Shown here in pieces: positions 54,139 to 63,808 of a DNA stretch of 64,000 bases. Each line of letters begins with the position of its first letter. The stretch's first letter is position 1. The stretch is from an uncultured Candidatus Saccharibacteria bacterium (lineage in GTDB: Bacteria; Patescibacteriota; Saccharimonadia; Saccharimonadales; UBA10212). The notes under the pieces are model-generated. The model was not told where the DNA came from and ran no database searches. It was given only the letters and a program-made list of their open reading frames with translations. Made by a program: the position numbers and the translations under genes. The stretch covers positions 39,015 through 103,014 of the forward strand of contig CAYWQH010000004.1 of the NCBI GenBank assembly GCA_964460855.1. The letters are read 5' to 3'.

Positions 54139-54215
54139 TGGTGACCCCTGCGGGATTCGAACCCGCGATCTTCTGGATGAGAACCAGATATCCTGGACCA
54201 CTAGACGAAGGGGCC
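54139..54215 (-). tRNA. tRNA-Glu (anticodon CUC), CCA encoded
   Basis: The reverse complement is GGCCCCTTCGTCTAGTGGTCCAGGATATCTGGTTCTCATCCAGAAGATCGCGGGTTCGAATCCCGCAGGGGTCACCA. It folds as a cloverleaf with anticodon loop TT-CTC-AT and T-arm GCGGG-TTCGAAT-CCCGC. Confidence 0.93.
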
Positions 54216-54240
54216 TGATTGGTTACAGGGGTGAATTGTA

Positions 54241-55671
54241 TCAAGTTTTAGGGTGCGAGTCGATGAGTGGCAGCTTGATTACAAATGTACTGCCCTGGCC
54301 TTCGGTGCTGGCGGCGGTGATCGTGCCGCCGTGCTGCTCGATAATCAGCTTGGACGAGTAAAGCCCGATGCCGGTACCCTCGTAATCATAAGTCATAAGG
54401 TCAGTGCCGCGGTGGAATTTGGTAAATAACTTCGGCAATTCTGCCGCCTTAATACCAATGCCATTGTCGGAAATCGACAAGATGGCAAAATGGCCGTCGT
54501 CTTCCAATTTAATAGAAATCTCGCCGTTTTCTTTAGTAAATTTAAGGGCGTTATCCAGGATATTCCAAATGGCGCTGCGCACATGGGCCTCGCTAATGCC
54601 CACCAGGCGCTCTTTGTCATCAATAGCAGAATGGTACTGCTTTTTCTGGTGCTGGCAGATAAGTTTGGCGTCGTCGGATATATCTTTTACCAGTTCGGTA
54701 AAATTCTTTTCCTCGTGCATGATTTTATCGGCGCCTAACTCGAAGCGCGATATGGTCAGCATATCTTCGGCATAGGCGTGCAGCCGCTTGGCGCTGAGCG
54801 TAATGCCTTCCATAGCCTGTTTGTAATCTTCAACTGTTTCGTAGCTGTTAGAGGAGTCTGTGTAGCCGCTGATAACAGTTAATGGCGTCCGTAAGTTATG
54901 CGAAGCTATTACCATGAATTCGCTTTTTACTTTGTCAACTTCTTTTAACTCGGCAATGCTCTTCTTTAAAGATTCGGCCATGGTATTTACAGCTGAACCC
55001 AGCTTGAATATTTCGTCGCTGCCTTTAACCGCGATCTGTTGGTCGAGGTTGCCGGCGCTGATGGCCAGGGCCTGGGTTACCACCTGGCGCACCGGCCTTA
55101 AAATAAAGGCGTTAATTACCCCGTATAAAATAGCGATGGTAAAAGCCAGCGCGGCTATTGATAGATAAACGACCGTGCGGGCTTCTTTATTTATCTGTTG
55201 CTGGATGGCGGTAGCCGAAAAGTCGTAAACGATGCTATAGCGGTGGGCCTGGGACTGCTCGAAATACGGATAAATTATCCGCGAAATCGTGCCGTGCGAA
55301 CCGTCGTTGGCATAAGTCGGGTCAAACGAGCCGGCCACGTCGTTATCGATCGGCGCGGCGGCCATGGCATTGCTGCTGAACTGGACTTGCCCGGAAGCGT
55401 CAACAATAAAAATATTGGCGACGTTTTTATTCAAGCTTAAAAACTTTTTAAATTGCTCGGTAATGTGGTTAGTGCCGGAGTCTTTGTAAACCAGGAAGTC
55501 GTCGCCAATAGGAGTAGTTGCCAAGGTCGCGAATGCTACCGACTCACTGTCTAGGTTGCGGCTTAAGTTATTGACACTGGAGCGTACCAGGTAGGTCGTG
55601 ACAACCGCCACAATGCCTACCAACAGTACGCTTATGAGTATCAGAAACTTGGATCGTAGGCCCAGCCGCAT
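54241..55671 (-). CDS. Membrane sensor histidine kinase (extracytoplasmic domain + HAMP)
   Basis: Two TM helices flank a domain of about 150 aa. HAMP region, H-box SHNLRTPL, DNGIGI and GTGIGL. Confidence 0.9.
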   Translation of the reverse strand: MRLGLRSKFLILISVLLVGIVAVVTTYLVRSSVNNLSRNLDSESVAFATLATTPIGDDFLVYKDSGTNHITEQFKKFLSLNKNVANIFIVDASGQVQFSSNAMAAAPIDNDVAGSFDPTYANDGSHGTISRIIYPYFEQSQAHRYSIVYDFSATAIQQQINKEARTVVYLSIAALAFTIAILYGVINAFILRPVRQVVTQALAISAGNLDQQIAVKGSDEIFKLGSAVNTMAESLKKSIAELKEVDKVKSEFMVIASHNLRTPLTVISGYTDSSNSYETVEDYKQAMEGITLSAKRLHAYAEDMLTISRFELGADKIMHEEKNFTELVKDISDDAKLICQHQKKQYHSAIDDKERLVGISEAHVRSAIWNILDNALKFTKENGEISIKLEDDGHFAILSISDNGIGIKAAELPKLFTKFHRGTDLMTYDYEGTGIGLYSSKLIIEQHGGTITAASTEGQGSTFVIKLPLIDSHPKT

Positions 55672-55677
55672 GACGGC

Positions 55678-57387
55678 CTACTTCATATAGAAGCTGGAAA
55701 GATAGGCGCCGATTGCCCCGTCATGGGTGCCGAATGTTGCTCCGTAATTGGCCCGCATAACGATTTGCTGGGTTGGTACGTAGACCGGAATGGTGGCGAC
55801 GTCGTCGGCCAGAATCTTGTTTATCTGCTGCAGCTCTTGGACGCGGGTGGTAGTATTAAGCTCTTTGGTAACTTTAACCAGCAGCGCGTCTACTTGCGCG
55901 CTGTCGTATGCAGCGCTGTCGCCGCTTTTAGTAAAGATGCTCTGCAAGATATCGGTCTCTTCGGTAAAGTCGCTAAAGTTGGAGATGTAGTTTAAGTCGT
56001 ACTTATTGGTCTTGATATTATTGTCGAATTCCTCGAATGAACTTACTTGGTGGTAGTCCAGCGTAACGCCAATTGCCTTTAGCTGGCGGCCGATTTCTTT
56101 AACCGAATCGGCGGCCGGCGGGCCGTAAAAAATGCTCAGGGTTAGGCCGTTAGGATAACCGGCGTCAGCCAATAGCTTTTTAGCGCCTGCCACATTCAGT
56201 GCCGGCCGGGTAATGGCCGGGTTAAAACCGGCGATGGTATTGGGTACAATCTGGGTGGCCGGTTCGCCGTCTTTGGCCGAGGCTTTAATTACTAATGCGG
56301 GATCGATCGCTTCGTATAGCGCCTGGCGGACTGCCTTCTTTTGCACCGGCGAGCCGGTCTTTAGGGTTAGCGGCTGCAGCTCGTAAGCGCCGCTGATATC
56401 GGAAGTTACGGCTGTAAACGCGCTGCTGGTTTTGCTTATATCGGCAACATGAGACTTGTAAACGTAAAAGGCGAGGTCTACTTTGCCGTCTTTAACGGCT
56501 TTGGCCAGGGCGTCTTCGTCATCGTAAGCAGTACCTTCTATGGCCCGTACATAAGGCCGCTGGCCCCAGTATTTGTCGTAAGCTACCAAATGGATTTGGT
56601 CGTAGTTATTAGTGCTGCCGGCTTTAGTGGTAAACGGCCCGGTGCCGTTATCGGCGCTATTTTTAGTTTTGCTGGTAGTGTCATAGACATAAACTTGCAC
56701 CAACCGGTTAAGAAATAGCGGGTCCGGGCTAGTGGTGGTAATTTTAACCGTTTTGGAATCCGGTGTTTCGATACTTTTAATAATCGTACCAAGGTCGTAG
56801 CCTTCGGTAGCCGGCGTAGAGGCCAATAAGCTGTCTTTAACGATTTGGGCGGTCAGCGGGTGGCCGTTATGGAACGTAACGCCATCCTGCAGCGTAAACA
56901 CCCAAGTGTTGCTGTCGGGGTTGGTCCATTTTTTAGCCAACAGCGGTGAAACCGGTCCGCCACTATAGCTGACCAGGCCTTCGAATACCGCTTTGTTTAG
57001 GGCAATCGAGCTGGTGCTGGTAATCGATTCCGCGCCGGGGTAAAACTCGGTAACCATTCCGTTTTGCGAGCCAAAATGCATAACCGCGATGTCCTTTTTA
57101 ACAACTACGGGCGCGCTGCTGCTGGTTTTGGTATTTGACGAATCATCTTTATTCATCATCCAATATGCCAGGGCGCCGCCGGCAATAACCAGCAACAAAA
57201 CTAAAACGATAATTAATTTTTTCTTGGAACTTTTAGGATGGCCCACATCTTGCGGCTGGACCGGGTTGGGCTGGTCTGTTTTGGGCCGATTGGCAATATC
57301 ACCCGCCGGCGGCATAGCCGGGTCAGGGCTTGGCATGTCGCTTTTAATAGGCTCTTTATTAGGGTCGTTTTCTTTAACAGGTTCCAT
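55678..57387 (-). CDS. Family-5 (peptide/nickel-type) solute-binding protein, TM-anchored
   Basis: Pro-rich N-terminus, a TM anchor (LIIVLVLLLVIAGGALAYWMM), then a typical SBP_bac_5 pattern (GLVSYSGG..SPLLAKKWTNPDSNTWVFTLQDGVTFHNG). No permease or ATPase gene is nearby. Confidence 0.8.
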   Translation of the reverse strand: MEPVKENDPNKEPIKSDMPSPDPAMPPAGDIANRPKTDQPNPVQPQDVGHPKSSKKKLIIVLVLLLVIAGGALAYWMMNKDDSSNTKTSSSAPVVVKKDIAVMHFGSQNGMVTEFYPGAESITSTSSIALNKAVFEGLVSYSGGPVSPLLAKKWTNPDSNTWVFTLQDGVTFHNGHPLTAQIVKDSLLASTPATEGYDLGTIIKSIETPDSKTVKITTTSPDPLFLNRLVQVYVYDTTSKTKNSADNGTGPFTTKAGSTNNYDQIHLVAYDKYWGQRPYVRAIEGTAYDDEDALAKAVKDGKVDLAFYVYKSHVADISKTSSAFTAVTSDISGAYELQPLTLKTGSPVQKKAVRQALYEAIDPALVIKASAKDGEPATQIVPNTIAGFNPAITRPALNVAGAKKLLADAGYPNGLTLSIFYGPPAADSVKEIGRQLKAIGVTLDYHQVSSFEEFDNNIKTNKYDLNYISNFSDFTEETDILQSIFTKSGDSAAYDSAQVDALLVKVTKELNTTTRVQELQQINKILADDVATIPVYVPTQQIVMRANYGATFGTHDGAIGAYLSSFYMK

Positions 57388-57486
57388 TGCGAGTTTCCTT
57401 ATTTTTGAATTGTTAATACTGATAATACAACAGTATTACCTTAAGCAAAATAACCGGCAGCTCCCTTTTGGCAGATTAACCTGTTT

Positions 57487-57873
57487 TTAAGGGGTTAATT
57501 TTTGGATAAATTCTACAAGCTGTTTAGGCGTAATTTCGGCTTTAATCAAATATGCGTCAGCTAAAACTTCCAGTTCGTCGCGGGTTTGCTGCTTAACGTC
57601 TAAATTGGTAGTAATAATAATTTTGGCCCGCAGCGGCGGCGAGCCTTCGCTGCGCAATTGGCGCAGAACGTCCATGCCGGTTATGCCGGGTATCATCAAA
57701 TCTAAAAGGATAATGTCATAATCGTCGGTTTTGGCCTCGGCCAAACCGGTATCGCCGTCTAAAACGACGATTGTCTGGTAGCCGGCTTTGCTTAGGGCGC
57801 GGGCGTACAGTTCACTTATAAAGTGCTCGTCTTCGATACAAAGTATTTTTTTGGGTGGTTGGGAATCTTGCAT
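57487..57873 (-). CDS. Single-domain (CheY-like) response regulator
   Basis: 128 aa with IEDE, DIILLDLMIPG and the conserved K in LIKAE. No output domain. Confidence 0.88.
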   Translation of the reverse strand: MQDSQPPKKILCIEDEHFISELYARALSKAGYQTIVVLDGDTGLAEAKTDDYDIILLDLMIPGITGMDVLRQLRSEGSPPLRAKIIITTNLDVKQQTRDELEVLADAYLIKAEITPKQLVEFIQKLTP

Positions 57874-57874
57874 A

Positions 57875-59416
57875 TTAGCGCTTTACGAATGAATGGTTTT
57901 TGATCCAGCCTTGCCGGTGGCGTTCGATCTGGGCTTTATTATCGCTGTTTTTCAGTTGCCCGGCAACCGCGCTATATGGCGGCAGCGTAAAACCGAAAGT
58001 ACTGCCCTCGCCTTCTTTGCTGCGCACCCATATCTCGCCAAACTGGGCTTCGACTATGGCTTTGCTTAAGTACAGCCCCAGGCCGGTACCGCCCACTTGG
58101 GTGCGGCTGCGGTGGCTGCGGTAAAACTTGTTAAATAGCTGCGGCAAAACGGAATTTGGAATGCCAATACCAAAATCCTGGATATATGTTTCGACCCGGC
58201 CGTCTAAAGATTTTCGGGTCCCTATAATAATTTTTTGGCTTTTAACGCTGTATTTTATGGCGTTATCCAGCAAGTTGGTAATTACCTCATACATACTTAG
58301 TTTGTCGATGGCCACCGTTGGCAAACCTTCTTCAATCTGGTATTCAAAATGCTTGCCGCGGATTTTGGCCCGCAGTTCCATATCGGTGCAGGCTTCTTTA
58401 AGCGTTTCGGCCCAATCGCATTCCTCGATTTGCAAAGAAAGTTGTTCGGCATCAATGCGGGCGACATTTAATATGTTGCTGACAAAACTGTTAAGCTGCT
58501 GGGTGCTGCCGCTTAATTTATGGATGAATTCCTGGTATTCAGGCGGAACTTGCTTGCTGACTTCGTCTTCCAGCACTTCTATGTAGCCGCGCATAATAGT
58601 TAAAGGCGTGCGCAGCTCGTGCACGGCCATGGCAACGTAATCCACGCCTTGATCCTCTTGGCCGTAGTCCTGGCTCTTATCGTAAAACAGCAGAGTAGTT
58701 TCGAAGTTTTCACTGATACCCTCGTTAAAATAGGCAAACAGATCGAATTGGCGCACGACTTTGCGGTTTAGGTCGCTGGAGGTGACCCGCTTCCAGGACT
58801 GCGTATCTACAACCTTATGCCCGCGGTTGCCGTTTAGCCAGGTTTCGTAAGTATTCTTATCTTGGAATTTCATTCGAATTACATCGTTGAGCGGCTGGCC
58901 AGTAAGATTATTGCCGTCGCCGAAGAAACGGTTGGCGGCTTCGTTGGCGAAATAAATATTTTGTTTGGCATCGCAAATAATCAGCGGCATCGGTAAAGTT
59001 TGGACCGACCACAGAACCGCCTGTGTGGCATCCGACTGGCTTTCGGCTGGCTGTGGCTGCTGGCCGCCGGCCAGCGAATATATTTGCAGGGCCATGCTTT
59101 TGGCCAGGGTTTTGCCGAACTTGGCGCGGTCTATATTGGGGGCGGCCTGGCTGTTTTGGCGGCTGGATACATGCATTAGTGCCAGCCAGACGTTCTTCAT
59201 TGGCGACAAGATAGTGTTGCCCAGCCATCGTGACACCAAAAATGAAAAAGCCAGGACCATTAAAACTACGGCAGCGGCCGTTAAGTAAGGGGGTATGTAT
59301 TGGCTAAAAAAGCCATTCGCCAGCCACCAAACGCCCATACCCGCAAAACAACTCAATGCCGTTGATACAAGCAGCAGCACTTGGGTCTCGGACAGCAGCT
59401 TTTTGTAATGGTTCAT
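57875..59416 (-). CDS. Membrane PAS sensor histidine kinase
   Basis: Two N-terminal TM helices, a PAS-like region, H-box VHELRTPL, DFGIGI and GTGLGL. Its stop lies 1 nt from the RR start. Confidence 0.9.
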   Translation of the reverse strand: MNHYKKLLSETQVLLLVSTALSCFAGMGVWWLANGFFSQYIPPYLTAAAVVLMVLAFSFLVSRWLGNTILSPMKNVWLALMHVSSRQNSQAAPNIDRAKFGKTLAKSMALQIYSLAGGQQPQPAESQSDATQAVLWSVQTLPMPLIICDAKQNIYFANEAANRFFGDGNNLTGQPLNDVIRMKFQDKNTYETWLNGNRGHKVVDTQSWKRVTSSDLNRKVVRQFDLFAYFNEGISENFETTLLFYDKSQDYGQEDQGVDYVAMAVHELRTPLTIMRGYIEVLEDEVSKQVPPEYQEFIHKLSGSTQQLNSFVSNILNVARIDAEQLSLQIEECDWAETLKEACTDMELRAKIRGKHFEYQIEEGLPTVAIDKLSMYEVITNLLDNAIKYSVKSQKIIIGTRKSLDGRVETYIQDFGIGIPNSVLPQLFNKFYRSHRSRTQVGGTGLGLYLSKAIVEAQFGEIWVRSKEGEGSTFGFTLPPYSAVAGQLKNSDNKAQIERHRQGWIKNHSFVKR

Positions 59417-59420
59417 TTTT

Positions 59421-60686
59421 TTAAGGGTTGTACTTTAGGTTTCCGGGATCCGACAACATAGTAATCCAGGTTTGGCCGGCATTTAACGGTATCGGCTTAT
59501 TGTCTGAATCGTTAAAGGCAATCTGCGACTTGCGGTCAGCTTTAGCCCAGGTGCCAATTACCAGCCGCCCGTCTTGGAAAACGTAGGCTGCTCCACTACC
59601 GGTGGTACCGTAAGTACTGCGGGCACCGTCATCGGCCGGCCCGTAAGAATACGGCATAATCAATACAATTACCGTTTTGGGGTGTAATTGTTGGGGCGCG
59701 TTATCTTGTGCCGTCAGCACGTCAACGTGCGGCTTGCCGCCTTCGGAACGCATATAGGTATTGGTGGACGGGTCGTACTGATAGTGGACGTTAAAGAAGA
59801 AACCGGAAATGCCAATATCTATGGATTTAGGATCGGGCGTGGCCGACGGCGCGTCCGCTTTTCTCGGCCAGCTGGTAAATTTGCTGCTGGTAAAGCCCTT
59901 GCTTTTATTTAGCTGGTCCAGCCGGTCGAAACTGGTGTAAACGTTATGCGGCGCGTAGCGCTCGGGAATTCTCCAAAAGCTTCCGGCGTTAAAGAACTGG
60001 TCGAGGTCTTTCATGCCTTCGGCCGGGTTCCTGATTTGCTGCAAAGCGTCAAAACTCCCGCCGACATGGGCAATGCCGCCGTCAAACGGCGCGGCCCAAT
60101 CCAGGTAGTATGGCCGGACACTGCGCACCGGCCCGATATAACTTGGCCGGTTTTCCTGGAATAAAGTTAAGAAACGGGTGATGCCGCCTTCGGCGATAGC
60201 CTCGTACACTACTCCGGCATCGCGTAAGCCGGATTGCGGCCGGGCATCGGTACTGTTTTCAATCATAATGGCCGTTATAGGACGGGCAGCTTGCTCGGCC
60301 GTTACTACTGCACCGGTAAGCGGCGAGACAATTGGCGGAGGCGGTTTGGGCGCTTCTTTCTTTTTAACAACCGCAACGGCCTGTTTAGGCGGCGGGGACG
60401 GATTATGGAAAGCGAACCAACCTGCCAGCGCGCAAACTAAAATAAACAGCGCGATGGCCGGAATAAACACCCGCTTTTCTCTTGCCAGGCGCTTAAATTT
60501 GGCCAATCTATGCTTTTCCAGTTTGGCCGGCGACGTTAGCTTGCCTTTGGACTCGGAGATTTTAGGCCCGACCGCCACAATATCTACACCCTTAGTATCG
60601 GGCTCCGGTTCACCTTGAACTTTGTCTTGCCCCTGGGGTTCGGGCAGCTTAATATCATCTTGCATTTCAAACATTGTATCAGGCAT
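59421..60686 (-). CDS. DUF3048-family (YerB-like) membrane-anchored protein
   Basis: TM anchor, then PLTG...RPITAIMIENSTDARPQSGL...GGITRFLTLF. ATG 60686 is preferred over track TTG 60743, which would overlap gltX. Confidence 0.75.
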   Translation of the reverse strand: MPDTMFEMQDDIKLPEPQGQDKVQGEPEPDTKGVDIVAVGPKISESKGKLTSPAKLEKHRLAKFKRLAREKRVFIPAIALFILVCALAGWFAFHNPSPPPKQAVAVVKKKEAPKPPPPIVSPLTGAVVTAEQAARPITAIMIENSTDARPQSGLRDAGVVYEAIAEGGITRFLTLFQENRPSYIGPVRSVRPYYLDWAAPFDGGIAHVGGSFDALQQIRNPAEGMKDLDQFFNAGSFWRIPERYAPHNVYTSFDRLDQLNKSKGFTSSKFTSWPRKADAPSATPDPKSIDIGISGFFFNVHYQYDPSTNTYMRSEGGKPHVDVLTAQDNAPQQLHPKTVIVLIMPYSYGPADDGARSTYGTTGSGAAYVFQDGRLVIGTWAKADRKSQIAFNDSDNKPIPLNAGQTWITMLSDPGNLKYNP

Positions 60687-60734
60687 AAGCTTTATGCAAC
60701 ACGCCTCTTGGCCAGATTGGGTTACAATATTGCC

Positions 60735-62384
60735 ATGAGCCAAGACCTTATCGACCGGATAGTTAGTTTGCTGGCACCCAATGGCTGTATGGACCGCTCC
60801 GAAGCCGAGGCCGGTTATCCGCCCCGCGCCTTAACCGAAGGCGCGCTGGTTACGAGGCTGGCGCCCTCGCCTACCGGCTTTGTCCACATCGGTACCGTCT
60901 ACACTGCCCTTATAAACGAACGGCTAGCACACCAAAGTAACGGCCTTTTTTTACTTCGGATCGAAGACACCGACAAAAGCCGCGAAGTCGAAGGCGGCCG
61001 CGATTTAATTTTAAATGCCCTGCAGCAATTCGCCCTTGCGCCCGACGAAGGCCCCGGAGCGGGCGGAATCTACGGGCCCTACGTGCAGAGCGAAAGGCTG
61101 CCTTTATATACCAGCTTTGCCATAAATTTGTTAAAAAACGGCCGGGCTTATGCCTGTTTTGCCACCGCCGAAGAGCTGGCCTCACAAATTGAAAAGCAAA
61201 AAACTGATGGCGTCCGCCCCGGTTATTATGGCCAATATGCCATCTGGCGCGATAAGCCCGAAGAACTGGTACGGCAAGCTTTAGACGAGAACCGGCCGTT
61301 TATTTTACGCTTCCGCAGCTCCGGCGACCCCGACCGCCGGGTCATGTTCCAGGACTGGCTTAAAGGCTCAATCGAATTGCCCCAAAACGACCTCGATATA
61401 CCGCTATTAAAATCCGACGGTTTCCCTACTTACCACCTGGCCCACGTAGTAGACGACCATTTAATGAAGGTTAATTTAGTGCTGCGGGGCGACGAGTGGC
61501 TTTCCAGCGTACCATTGCACATCGACTTGTGCCAGGCCCTTAAATTGCCCCAATTCCATTATGGCCATATTGCCCCGATTTCTATTTTGGATAACGGCGC
61601 CAAGCGTAAATTAAGCAAGCGCAAAGACGCCGAAGCCGACATCCGATATTGGCTTTCCGCCGGCTACCCCGTGGCTGCCATAAAAGAATATTTGCTTGGG
61701 TTGGCTAATTCCAATTTCGAAGATTGGCGCCGACAAAACCCCGACCAACCGGCCGATAATTTCCAGCTTTCGGTTAAAAAACTGGCCCACAGCCGCGGGC
61801 CATTGCTGGACGTTAATAAGCTCGAAGATGTCAGCCGCGACGTGATAGCCAAAATGGAACAAGCCGACTTTGAGCAGCAAATAATGTCGTGGGTTAACCA
61901 AAATGACTATGAACTGGCCGAAACTTTTGCCGACGATGCCGGCTATACCAGCCGGGTATTAAAAATTGAGCGCGACGGTCCCAAGCCGCGCAAAGACATT
62001 GCCAAATGGTCACAGGCCCGCGACACCTACGCCTACTTTTTTGATAAGTTTTACGAGCAAACTAAAGAGGCGGCTATCACCAACGAATTGGCTAACTTCG
62101 ATTTCCTGGTGCAAAAGGCCGTTACCGATAACTTTTTAAATAAGCTGGATTTTGGCCAGGACCAGCCGGGCTGGCTGGCCGGCATGCGGGCCGCCGCCCA
62201 AGAGTCCGGCTTTGCGGCCGATATGGGAGAATTTAAAAAGAATCCGGCGGCTTTTGCCGGCTCAATAGCCGACTTCGCCAAAATTATCCGGGTGCGCCTG
62301 ACAGGCAAAAACCAAACCCCCGACTTGTACTCGGTAATTCAGACCCTCGGCGAGCAACGCGTCCGCCAGCGCCTAAGTATGTAG
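60735..62384 (+). CDS. gltX: Glutamate--tRNA ligase
   Basis: ATG 60735 is preferred over track start 60615. HIGH-type motif PTGFVHIGT and KMSKS-type motif KLSKR. TACAAT (60723-60728) lies 6 nt before the ATG. Confidence 0.93.
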   Translation: MSQDLIDRIVSLLAPNGCMDRSEAEAGYPPRALTEGALVTRLAPSPTGFVHIGTVYTALINERLAHQSNGLFLLRIEDTDKSREVEGGRDLILNALQQFALAPDEGPGAGGIYGPYVQSERLPLYTSFAINLLKNGRAYACFATAEELASQIEKQKTDGVRPGYYGQYAIWRDKPEELVRQALDENRPFILRFRSSGDPDRRVMFQDWLKGSIELPQNDLDIPLLKSDGFPTYHLAHVVDDHLMKVNLVLRGDEWLSSVPLHIDLCQALKLPQFHYGHIAPISILDNGAKRKLSKRKDAEADIRYWLSAGYPVAAIKEYLLGLANSNFEDWRRQNPDQPADNFQLSVKKLAHSRGPLLDVNKLEDVSRDVIAKMEQADFEQQIMSWVNQNDYELAETFADDAGYTSRVLKIERDGPKPRKDIAKWSQARDTYAYFFDKFYEQTKEAAITNELANFDFLVQKAVTDNFLNKLDFGQDQPGWLAGMRAAAQESGFAADMGEFKKNPAAFAGSIADFAKIIRVRLTGKNQTPDLYSVIQTLGEQRVRQRLSM

Positions 62385-62390
62385 TCACTC

Positions 62391-62560
62391 ACGCAAATAA
62401 ATCTTCAAAAGCTGCCTCGCGCGGTAGTCGTTCAACTTTAAAGTACTCGGATGCTGCGGAACTCGCCTTCGCTAAGCTCAGGCTCAAACATCCTCGCATC
62501 GCGAAGTATTTTAAAGCTTCTCTCCTCCGGTTCGGCAGAGTTTTTCAGATTTAATTGCGT
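62391..62560. repeat. Long imperfect-palindrome element, copy 2
   Basis: The outer arms 62391-62416 and 62534-62560 pair at about 21 of 26 positions. Core blocks GCTGCGGAACTCGC (62453-62466) and CTCAAACATCCTCGC (62483-62497) are identical to copy 1. Confidence 0.7.
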
Positions 62561-62599
62561 TCGTAATACTTAGGCGCTGCTTTATAAAAAATATAAGGG

Positions 62600-63703
62600 C
62601 TACATTGACGCAGCTATCTTTAATAGCTGCTCTGTATTAAGGTCGGCGTTGCTTTCGACGTTGTACCAAATCCCCTGGTTCACCCATGTGGCGTTTTGGC
62701 CGTCATATACAAAGATCGTTTTGCCGTGGTCTAAGAATGTTTGGTACTGGTTGCCGTTAGTCGAAACGAAATTGCTAAGCAATGAAGCCGAATCCCAATC
62801 CGATTTGCGCTGGCTGATTGTATAAGTCCGGCCGCTGTCGGCGTTAGCTGTATAGCGCAAGTTAACCACGCCATCGTTTACGGCCGCGGCGCCCTTAAAA
62901 GCAAACCCAGCCGGCTTATATGTAGGTGCTAAGGCTTTAATGCCGGCTTGTTTAGTTACAATCTTAACGGCCACGCTGGGAACTTTCTGGTAAGCAAAAA
63001 CACTGCCAGCTAAAACAACTACAAACGCAAATACAGCTGCCCCGACTAATTTGCTTTTCCGGGTGAGGCCAAAGCGGTCGCGGGTGCGGTGCGGGGAGTT
63101 TTCGTGGGCTTTGGCATGGGCCAAAGCTTCGTTTACTAATTCTTCTAAGTTGCCATGGGTAGCGCTGGTAATCATGCTGGGCAGCGGCTTGGAAACCGGC
63201 GCCGAAATAGACGCCGCCGGTGCTATGGCGCTGCGGCTGACAATTTCGCCGCTTACCGGCCCGCTGCTAGCCGGCCCGGCCTTGATATCAGTATTTACTG
63301 CCCCGCCAAAGCGGCTAACTTTAACGCTTTTGTGGATTTGCTTTGAGCGGTTTAGGCGCGACAGTTCGTCGGCGCGGGTTAAAGTGTTTTTGACTTGGTT
63401 GAAAGAGTTATTTACGGCTGAAGCTGTTTTGCTGGCAGCCATTGGCGCCAGGCCGGTAATAGTAGCTTTTTTAACCGGTTTGGGTACCGCTTTGCGCATA
63501 AGTGTCTGGCTGCGCTGAACTTTTTTATGGACGATGCTGGATGGCGAAATTTTTGCCAGGGCTTTGCCCGACGGTTTGGCTTTAACTATGCCGTCCATGG
63601 CCCGGCCTACTTTGGCGATTGAAGGTTTGGAGCCGAGCAATTTACCGCTTATAGCATCGTATTGTTTGCCGTTTACATTTATGATGCCAGACGATGTTGC
63701 CAC
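62600..63703 (-). CDS. Single-pass membrane protein with C-terminal beta-rich extracytoplasmic domain (DUF4367-like, tentative)
   Basis: A basic, Ser/Ala/Lys-rich cytoplasmic half, one TM helix (LVGAAVFAFVVVLAGSVFAY), and a C-terminal domain of about 130 aa. Confidence 0.55.
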   Translation of the reverse strand: MATSSGIINVNGKQYDAISGKLLGSKPSIAKVGRAMDGIVKAKPSGKALAKISPSSIVHKKVQRSQTLMRKAVPKPVKKATITGLAPMAASKTASAVNNSFNQVKNTLTRADELSRLNRSKQIHKSVKVSRFGGAVNTDIKAGPASSGPVSGEIVSRSAIAPAASISAPVSKPLPSMITSATHGNLEELVNEALAHAKAHENSPHRTRDRFGLTRKSKLVGAAVFAFVVVLAGSVFAYQKVPSVAVKIVTKQAGIKALAPTYKPAGFAFKGAAAVNDGVVNLRYTANADSGRTYTISQRKSDWDSASLLSNFVSTNGNQYQTFLDHGKTIFVYDGQNATWVNQGIWYNVESNADLNTEQLLKIAASM

Positions 63704-63808
63704 AGTTATCTCACGCCCCCTTAAAGCCTTAATGCTAGAAATAATACTAATGCTGCCAGCTCATTTTAGCAAGAGGCATAAGCGCTCTTGTGCTACTATT
63801 TTCCATAT

